This document shows, one piece after another, positions 27,563 through 37,586 of a DNA stretch of 64,000 nt. This DNA comes from Geosiphon pyriformis uo1 (lineage: Eukaryota > Fungi > Glomeromycota). A program made the translations under genes and the position numbers. Position 1 is the stretch's first letter. Each line of letters begins with the position of its first letter. The notes under the pieces are model-generated. The model was not told where the DNA came from, did no database searches, and worked only from the letters and a program-made list of their open reading frames with translations. The stretch is taken from positions 293,579 through 357,578 of the forward strand of contig JAAOMT010000566.1 of assembly GCA_016748015.1 (NCBI GenBank). The letters are read 5' to 3'.

Positions 27563-27712
27563 TTTGATCTCATTTTTTGCTGCTGGTACTTTTGTTGATG
27601 ATATAATTTGGGTTGGTAATAGCCAAACTACTATACAACACATTCTTAATGTTGCAAATAAATTTTTTAGGTTTAATGACATTTCCATCAATAATGACAA
27701 AACTGTGGCCAT
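27563..27712 (+). mobile_element. 5'-truncated LINE, left part (RT region), interrupted by element B1
   Basis: Encodes FFAAGTFVDDIIWVGNS..INNDKTVAI and continues at 37591 after the TSD CCAT. Confidence 0.85.
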
Positions 27713-28698
27713 TATTACCAGACAAAATTAGAGATATTATTTAGCATGAAATTATCTTATAATTCCTATCATTAATTAGCATATATTATCGTTTCAAATG
27801 ATCACTTATTACATTAGCAAAAAAAAAAATGTCCGAAATTATCATTTAATTAATAACCCAAATTGTACACAACACAAATGTAACCTAATTGCAATGATCA
27901 ATTATGCAATATCCCAAACTATGTAACATTCAAAAGTTCACCGAAATTTGTAGAAATTCACCGAAATAATTGATAGTTTACCGAAAAATTTAATAGTTCG
28001 CCGAAATAATTTGTAGTTCGCCGAAATGTATCTTTAGTTCAGTAAAATTGTAGAAAATAGCAAAGTTCAAGTTCATAAAATAGTGTTACGACAAGTTGTA
28101 TAAAAGAAGAGCTTTTCTCTTCGAGAAAATGTATTTTACTTTAGATTTATCTCTTAAAACCGTTCCTATACACACAAAAAGAAATAAATATCAAATAATT
28201 CAAAAAAACCAAATTCTTTAATTATTGTACTTGGAAAATCTCCAAAACCCAACTAATGTTTTGAAATTGATTAGCTACCAATTTCAGTAAACTGTTAGTG
28301 ACTCCAGGCCTGGATAGAAAACGTTTCCCTTAACAGAATTCTATTTCTTTTATATTTCTTTTATTTTCTTTTCTTTTTTTATTACAATTATTAGGGTAGC
28401 CTACAGACAAGATTCCTGTAGAAGAGTCGACTTTCACAGCAAAGTAACTACACATTTTTAGTGAGCTTCCAGATGAGCAATTCCTGGGAAAGAGTTGACA
28501 TTTACTACAACATAACTACATAAAGCAACTGGCATGGAATTGGCCATTCCACTTATAAGCCCAGCAAGTTCAAATTATAGGAGATAATTTGAAGATAAAT
28601 TCAGTTACTGAAGGTTCAACTACTTCCTGGAAACGTGAATTCACAACAAATCAACATTAACAACATTTAAGAAAAGAGACCAAAAACCTCTGGTAACA
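27713..28698 (+). repeat. 5' LTR of B1
   Basis: Direct repeat of 36601-37586, ends GGTAACA. TATA-like TATAAAA at ~28099. Confidence 0.95.
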
Positions 28699-28743
28699 TT
28701 TGGTGCTCTTCCACGGAAATAACACAGCAACAACAAATTCAAA

Positions 28744-31700
28744 GTGACGACCACATCAGACACAGCAACTCTAGAGTATTACCAGTCAATTTACACCCAC
28801 TGCAAACAAAGATTCAACATTCCAGACGGAATTGAAGTTGTCAAGAAATCAGTATATCAATACATTGAAAACCACATCAACAATTATCTTTTTGGAAATT
28901 ACAATATCTCAAAAGTTAGAAGCAACCTTTACAATAATTTAGCACACTATTCACAGTTGGGAACTGAAGACCTTAACAGTAAAACACTTGCCATTTACTT
29001 TCACAAACTTAATTTTAACATTATCAAGTACTGTAAAGAAACATATCTAGTGCAGTCTTAATACACTATTGATTTTGAATTGAAAACAGAAACAAGCAAC
29101 AAAGGCAAAAACAAATTGAAACAATATTCACAAACCACCCCAAATACTCTAATACTACCAAAAACAACTGCCATACATTTACAAACACCTGAACAAGGAA
29201 CCAGTTCAAAATTTCCACTTACTATCACATCTTTTCCAGCTTTACTTGCACAAGCACAAACACCTAATTTACCCTTAAATCAATTTACAAGACCAGAAGA
29301 TTTTACATCACTCAGAAGTCCCATTAGACAATGAAAACCCCTTCAAACTAGTTCCAATCTTCTTGACTTTCTAGCTGAAGATCAAAGTGAAAACTCTGAG
29401 ACAGCAGCAAACGAAGAAAACGAACCTGAAATATCTGAAGAAGAATCAATAGACAGTGAAAACGAAGAAGACGAAATGATAACATACATCACAAAAATCC
29501 CTAAATTTAATGGAGAAGACATTAAGACCAGTCCTCAAGAATGGCTCAACCAAGTTACTAAAGCCAGAGATGCAAATGGGTGGAATGCCACCAGAATGTT
29601 AAGAACAATTCCCTACTTTCTCAAAAGAACAGCAGGAGAATGGTTTGAAAACCTGGCCATCTCATTCAATGATTGGAATGCTTTTAAAGCAGCCTTCCTT
29701 GAACAGTTCACTGACAATAATACTTCTATCACCCTTCGTAATCGTTTTCAAAATATCAAACAAGAACCCTCCGAATTTGTTATGATTTATATTGGGAAAT
29801 TCAACAAACTTCTCAGACAAATTCGCCAACTCAAAACAAATGATTATTATTCCAATGCTCAAATCCTGGATCAATTTATCACTGATCTAAAAGATAAACT
29901 AATTAAAAAGATTCATCCACATGCTCCAGAAGATTTGAACTCTGCCATCCAACATGCAAAAAGATACGAAATGGCTATGGAAGAAGCCAATCATACAAAA
30001 CTTGTAAATTTGGCAATTGGAGAAACCAGCTCAGCAGCTGAGGAAAAAATTGACCAACTCACAAAGAAGGTCGAAAACTATTTTACCAACCAACAACAAC
30101 AACAATCCCAAAGATATCAACCACTCCAAAGACGAAATCAAAATAACTTTGCACTACTTTCCAATAACCAGCCCCAGAATTGCCATTACTGTGGAATCTC
30201 TGGCCACTGGAAAAGAGATTGCAGAAAGCTACAATGAGACCAACAAAATAGGAGTAATCAATGTTACTCTCCACCACAGCAATCTTATTATCAACCATCA
30301 CCACCAGCTTACTATCCACCAAGACCCCAATACCAAAATAACTATTATCAGTCTGCTCCACAGCCAATCCAACAGCAATACCAATAACCACCCACACAAC
30401 ATTATCAAGTGCCTGTTCGAAGACTAATTACACAAAATCAATTCATACCACAAAACTGATACCAAGTAAATAACAGTAGAATTAGTTCGAACAACCAATT
30501 GGTTCTCCAAAATTCCACTCAACCAAGACCCAACCACTATTATACTCAACCCAGTTATTTAACAATGTCAGAAGAACAGGATTTTTACTATACTGCACCC
30601 TTGGAAGATAGAGCTGCAGCACAATAACAAAACCCTTCTCATAACCACACCACTATTTCACCAGCCTGAATTGCTGAAAACGCCAATCTCTCTGATATCT
30701 TTCCTTTCGAATTTGAAGCAAATGAATCATCATTCTTGCTTAGCAATGTAGCAGTTAATGAGCAAAAAGCCATCACTGTAATGTACACAGAAGCTGAAGT
30801 AGAAAGAAAGCCAATTTGTTTGATCCTAGACAGTGGATCCACTGGAAGCATTGTCACACATCAATTGATGCAGCAGCTAAAGAAAAACATTGACCGACCA
30901 GCTCAGACAATTATTGTCACTGCTGATAGCATAAAAAAGACTCCAGTAGGAGAAATTGACAATTTTCCATTCACTCTTAATGGAATCACTATTCCAACCG
31001 AAATTCTTGTAATGGATGCTCCCCAATATCAAGCCCTTGTCAGAAATGACTGGCTTCAAAAAGCCAATGCAAAATTAGACTGGGAAACCCAAGAACTACA
31101 AATCTCTTACCAAGGACAACATGCCCAAGTACCTACCACTTGTGGTATATTTAACAAACACTCTGAAAAAGCCCTGGCTTTTGAATTTGAACCAGAAGAA
31201 GAAAAACCAATAATCGAAACATTTATGGCTCTTGGATCAATGTCCAACTGGGCCGATGAAACAGAACAAGAACATTTTACACCACACTCTAAACCCGAAA
31301 CCTCTGGATGGAATATCCCTTACTCAAAATCCGAACCAAGGAAACAATGCCCCTATATTCCCCTTAAATATAAGGACTGCCACAAGAAACTATTGTCAAT
31401 AGGAGCCTGCATTTCAACTGAAGAAGAATATGAAAATCATACTTGTTATTACTGCAAGGCTTGCCACAGAGAACAATGGAGCCATCTAATAAAAAGGAGT
31501 GGAAAATGGGACAACACCCCTTGTTTGACTTGTGGAGATATGCTACCGGAAAAATGCAATTGGATTGATGTAACAATGAGAGGAGGAGTCTGCGATCAGA
31601 CCTGCCAATATGCTTTATCAATTTCAAAAAAAGTAAAAAGAGGAACACCCTTTAATGCAGCATATAACAGTGCTCTCAACAAACTTTATCACTACCTTCA

Positions 31701-34360
31701 TGATGCCAAGATGATTTTCGACTTAGCAATAGCATTAATTAATGGAGCTACCAAAAAAAATGTTCGTCAAATGAAGGAAGCAGAATACATTGAATACATT
31801 ATGGAATTAGCTGGATTCGATTATGAAGATGAAGTAGAAGTCTACCACCAAATTGCAAGTCACACCTACCCGACCCAAGAAGCTCAAATTTAACAATTAG
31901 AGCAAATGAACATTAGGCTATGTGAAGAATGCATTATGCCTTGCAATAAACAGTAGTGTCCTGAATGCTATGCTCTTAATATCTCCTTGCCCAGCGAAAA
32001 TGATGAGAATGAAATTGAATTTGAAGAACTTGAAGAAACGGAAGAAATTGAAATAACACCCATCTATCTTATTAAAAATCAGCCTGCCTTACAACTTAAA
32101 TACTTCAACAACAATGGACAAGGAATAAAATCCAAAAAAACACACGAAATTGATGCTGGATATGACCTAAGATATCCAGACAAGGATACTCTTGTTCTCA
32201 AACTCAAATCTCTCACAAAAATCAACCTCAAAATTGCACTCGAAATCCCACCAGAAGCAATGGTTCAAATTGCCTCCCGGTCCTCTCTGGCAAGCAAAGG
32301 AATCAATGTTAGAGGAGGAATAATCAATGCTGGATATACTGGAGACATAACAGTGATGCTTTAAAATGAAACTGACAAACCATTCAAGATTGAACATGCT
32401 AAAAAAATTGCCCAAGCTATTTACCTACCCCTAATCAACATTTTGGGTTTGCAACTAGTCAATCAAAAAGAGCAATTAGGAAAAAGTGATAGAGGAACCC
32501 AAGGTTTTGGTTCAACTGGACGATTCACAGTTCCAGTTAATATAGCTCTTAACACACAGAATGAATTTCACCAGATTCTCAGACTTTCACAACCGATTAC
32601 TATCTCACCCTTTGGAGAACATCCAGAAATCTACACCTGTCCAAAGCCAACAACCACACAACAAATTTTTGAGTCCAATAAACAAGTCTGCTTGGAACAC
32701 AATATTTTGATCCCAAACATTTATATTCCAGAAGGAACAAAGAAAGTTCGAGTTACTTTTTACAACCCCAATAATTACTCCATAATTTTATTAAATAATT
32801 TAAAAATTGGAGTTATTCATAGTAATATATTTCAAAAAGAATTACCCCAAACAGTTCCTGATTTCTCTGAAATTATTAGACATTCACTACCAAAAATCAA
32901 TCCAAATCCCAGCTTTGAAAACTACCATATTGTTATGGAAAAACTATCTCGAATCAACATGGGACAACTTGAACCACAACAACAGACCCAGCTCAAAGAG
33001 CTAATTGCAGAATTTGCTGATATCTTTGCCGAAAACAACAATGACTTAGGAAGAACTGATTTGGTTCAACACCAAATCTATATAGGAGATGCCAAACCAA
33101 GGCGACAACAAGCCTACTGAGTTGCCCCAGAAAGTCACCAATTTATCCGAGAAGAAGTACAATAGATGCTTAACAATGGGCTTATTCAACCATCGATGAG
33201 CCCATGGGCTTCACTTGTGGTCCTAGTTAAAAAAAAATGGAAAAATATGATTTTGTGTTGATTATCGACAACTTAACAGTGTCACTATTGGAGATGCCTA
33301 CTCTCTTCTCTGAATTGATAACATGTTGGATGCCCTTGGAAAGTCCAAATACTTTTTGACATTAGATTTAGAGAGTGGATACTGGCAAGTTGCTATGGAT
33401 CCCAAAGACCGCCCCAAAACAGCATTCACCACTCAAGGAGGAAATTATGAGTTCAATGTAATGCCTTTCAGATTATGCAATACACCAGCAATATTCCAAA
33501 GACTCATGGATGTTGTTTACAAAGACCTCCTTTGAAAATCAGTAGTAGTTTATCTTGATGACATTGATGTTTATTTACCATCTTTCGAGTTATATTTAAT
33601 TCACCTGCAAGAAGTTTTTCAACAATTATGAAAAACAGGATTGAAACTGAACATTGAAAAATGCTACTTCGGAAAAACAAGTTTAGCTTTTCTTGGTCAC
33701 ATTGTTAGCAAAGATGGAATTAAACCAGACCCCAGAAAAATTAGTACTGTCAAGAACTTCAAGACTCCACAAAATACCACAGAATTAAGAGGATTCATTG
33801 GATTAGCATCCTATTACCGAAAATTCATTAAAGGATTCTCAGAAATTGCAAAACCCCTCAACCAGTTTACTACTAAAAATGTCAAATACAAATGGACAGA
33901 AGAACATCAAAATGTCTTTGAGATACTTAAGGAAAAACTCACAATAGCTCCAATTCTCACCTACCCAGATTTCAGTAACCAATTCCAGTTAGCAACTGAC
34001 GCCTCTTATACTGTCTTTGGTGCCATCCTATCACAGTTAGATGACAATGGAAATGAGCGAGTAATCACTTATACTAGTAGAACATTGAAGCCAGCCAAAA
34101 AGAACTACCCCACAACAGAATTAGAAACTGCAGCAGTAATCTGGGCCCTACATCACTTCAACCTTTACCTCAGACCCAAAGAATTCGATATTATCACTGA
34201 TAATATTAGACTTAAATGGCTTCAGAACAAAAACACCTAGCTAAATGCAAAACAAACCCGATGGACAAGATTTTTAGCTAACTACTGATACATTGTACAC
34301 CACAAACCAGGAAAACTCCATACCAATGTCAATTGTCTCTCAAGAATAAGGCAAGATTAG
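28744..34360 (+). pseudogene. gag-PR-Cys-rich-dUTPase-RT-RNase H polyprotein of B1
   Basis: Fragments share one frame up to a slip in an A-run at ~33230. Motifs: CHYCGISGHWKRDC knuckle, LILDSGS protease, AGYDL/RSSLA/GII(D)AGYTG/RGTQGFGSTG dUTPase, YLDD RT, TDAS RNase H. Confidence 0.92.
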
Positions 34361-34410
34361 AAAACAAAAACCAACACCTATTTGAATCAACAGTATCAAA
34401 ACAACAAACA

Positions 34411-35796
34411 ATGAACCCCGAAAACTACAACAATCTTAGACAATATCTGAAGACATTAACAATCCCAACAGATTGGTCTTCAGATGAAAAACATCAGTTA
34501 CAACAACAAGCCAAACAATACTTCTTACACAACAACATTATCTACTATCGAAACTTTAGAAACCCAGACAGTCCACTCAGATTAATACAAGAACATGAAA
34601 AAAAAACTATTTTATACAACATGCACTCAGACCTTTCATCAGCACACTTCGGAAAAGACAGCACCACCCAAAGAACACTAGAATACTACTTTTGGCCTCG
34701 AATGAAGAAGGACATTCACGAATATGTCGAATTTTGTGATAGTTGTCAAAGAAGAGGAAAAACTTGCCCTACAGAACCTTTAAATTCAATCAAAGTTGGA
34801 CAGCTTTTTGACAGAGTTGGTATCAATTTAGTCGGACCACTACCTATCACAAACCAAGGAAACCATTATATTGCAGTAGCTGTAGATTATCTCACCAAAT
34901 GGCCCGAAACCAGAGCCATCCAGTGAGCAGATGTGAAATCAGTAGCAAATTTCATCTACAAAGACATCATTTGTAGACATGAATGTCCAATTGAACTTTT
35001 ATCCGATCAAGGAACACATTTTGTGAACAATCTAATTCAAGAAATTTGTGAACAATTCAATGTCAAGAGACCTTTATCTTCACCCTACCATCCACAAACA
35101 AACAGACTTGTGGAACGTTTTAACAGAACATTGTGTGAGTCATTGGCCAAAGTTTCAACCAATTTTGAGCAAGAATGGGATATTTTTATTCTATCAGTGT
35201 TACTAGCATACAGAACACTAAAACAAGATACCACAAAATACACACCATTTGACTTAGCCTATGAAAGGACAGCAACATTACCAATCAATTTTACTGTAGA
35301 ACCATATCCAGTGCAATCAATCAACAAAGAAAACTTTCAGGAAACACTTCAACAAAGAGCTTACACTCTTCTCAGCACATTGGAAGAAAAATGACAAATA
35401 GCAACCACCCATATTAGACACTCCCAAACTCAACAAAAAGAATGGCATGACAACAAACTGCCACCAGTTACCAATGAATTTAAAGTTGGAAACAAAGTTC
35501 TCTTACACAGAACTAAAGCTGAAAAACAATGGAGTGGAAAATTTGAAAATAAATAGGATGGACCATTCTTTATCCATGAAGTCCTAGGCAATGGATCATA
35601 CAAGCTAAGACTTGATGACAAAATCCTAGCAAAAGTTGCACATGGAGATCGTTTGAAACACTATCATTTCAGAAACAATCCTAAACCATTAATTTCACAA
35701 ATTGGTACATATTCCCCTTTAGTCAACTCTGAAGATATTCCCCAAAACTTAGAACCAATAGTTTTCATTGAACAACCTTCCAACCTGAACACTTAA
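34411..35796 (+). pseudogene. Integrase ORF of B1
   Basis: MNPENYNNL start, H..H..CDSC zinc finger, LLSDQGTHF, VERFN, (W)DGPFFI. Confidence 0.9.
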
Positions 35797-35912
35797 TTTA
35801 ATTTTACTAGTTATTCTCTTATAATTTAGAAACAATCTCACAAAAACAAAACAAAAATAACATAAAAACTCATACACCAAAAATAATTTTTTTTTATTTT
35901 AAATCGCTTATA

Positions 35913-36632
35913 ATGACTATTCCTCAAAACATTTAACAATTATCCCAAAAACTAATGTTAGCTTTAAAAACAATACCCGAATTATCCATTACTGTTACTG
36001 GAAACCACATTAATTATACCCAAACAGAAGTAATTACAAATTTAGCCCCAAATTCACGAAAATATCATCCGTATAAGAAGAACACAAGAAGTTATACTGG
36101 AATTCACCTGCCAGAACTTTTAAAGCTTGCTTTAAGAGAAAACCTAATGCTCATCCCAATTAGTATTCTACCAAATACTACAATTTAACAAAGACTTCAA
36201 TTGTGTCTCAATAAAGAAAACACTGAATATCCTCCAATCTATAGATATTTTCACATTGGAAAAACACTCTACGAATAGAAACTGGAACTTACAACAGCAA
36301 ATCTTACAAAAGAAGCTATCCAGAAACAACTCCACAACAAATTCAAGACAACAGCGGGATCAACAAACAGTTATTACAGGCTCAGAGCTGCTCTTAGACT
36401 TTATGATCTATTCTACACCTGTGAAAACATACTACAAAACCCAATTTTTCAACCTTTGAAGATTCAATACATTGGAAAGCTCACAGAACTAAAATTTCAA
36501 CAATTTTCAGACCAAATTTCTTCAATAATTTTGGATTATTATCTGAAAATGACAGACAGTACTTGGACTTTGATGGAGCTTAGTCTTGAGGAGGAAGTTA
36601 TATTACCAAATGAAATTAGAGATATTATTTAG
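35913..36632 (+). pseudogene. ORF3 of B1 (239-codon unknown protein overlapping the 3' LTR)
   Basis: Single frame from ATG 35913 to TAG 36632. Its three internal stops are sense codons in copy B2. Confidence 0.85.
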
Positions 36633-37586
36633 CATGAAATTATCTTATAATTCCTATCATTAATTAGCATATATTATTGTTTCAAATGATCACTTATTAC
36701 ATTAGCAAAAAAAAAAATGTCTGAAATTATCATTTAATTAATAACCCAAATTGTACACAACACAAATGTAACCTAATTGCAATGATTAATTATGCAATAC
36801 CCCGAACTATGTAACATTCAAAAGTTTGCTGAAATTTGTAGAAATTTGCCAAAATAATTAATAGTTCACCAAAAAATTTAATAGTTCGCCAAAATAATTT
36901 GTAGTTCACCAAAATGTATCTTTAGTTCAGCGAAATTGTAGAAAATAGCAAAGTTCAAGTTCATAAAATAGTGTTATGACAAGTTGTATAAAAGAAGAGC
37001 TTCTTTCTTCGAGAAAATGTATCTTACTTTAGATTTATCTCTTAAAACCGTTCCTATATACACAAAAAGAAATAAATATCAAATAATTTGAAAAAACCAA
37101 ATTCTTTAATTATTGTACTTAGAAAATCCCCAAAACCCAACTAACGTTTTGAAATTGATTAGCTACCAATTTCAGTAAACTGTTAGTAACTTTAGGCCTA
37201 AATAGAAAACGTTTCCCTTGACAGAATTCTATTTCTTTTACATTTCTTTTATTTTCTTTTCTTTTTTTATTACAATTATTAGGGTAGCCTACAGACGAGA
37301 TTCCTGTAGAAGAGTTGACTTTCACAGCAAAGTAACTACACATTTTTAGTGAGCTTCCAGATGAGCAATTCCTGGGAAAGAGTTGATGTTTACTACAACA
37401 TAATTACATAAAGCAACTGGCACAGAATTGGCCATTCCACTCATAAGCCCAGCAAGTTCAAATTATAGGAGATAATTTGAAGATAAATTCAGTTACTGGA
37501 GGTCCAACTACTTCTTGGAAACATGAATTCACAACAAATCAACATTAACAACATTTAAGAAAAGAGACCAAAAACCTATGGTAACA
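36601..37586 (+). repeat. 3' LTR of B1
   Basis: Direct repeat of 27713-28698. Confidence 0.95.

Larger units (their letters stand above)
27713..37586 (+). mobile_element. Full-length degenerate Ty3/Gypsy LTR retrotransposon, family B copy 1
   Basis: 986-bp LTRs, 4-bp TSD CCAT (27709-27712 and 37587-37590), PBS TTTGGTGCTCTTCCACGG at 28699-28716, PPT GAGGAGGAAG at 36588-36597. Confidence 0.96.

Noticed and set aside
30017-30427. Alternative-frame and antisense ORFs present in both B copies (e.g. 30017-30427, 36256-36459, 61366-61818)
   Set aside because: They are shadows of the gag and ORF3 frames in near-identical copies with biased composition. There is no independent coding evidence.
35640-35796. 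Chromodomain at the integrase C-terminus
   Set aside because: Only a short P/I-rich tail follows the GPF module, with no chromodomain aromatic motifs.
35913-36632. ORF3 as an envelope gene
   Set aside because: No signal peptide, transmembrane segment or fusion-protein features, and it is short.
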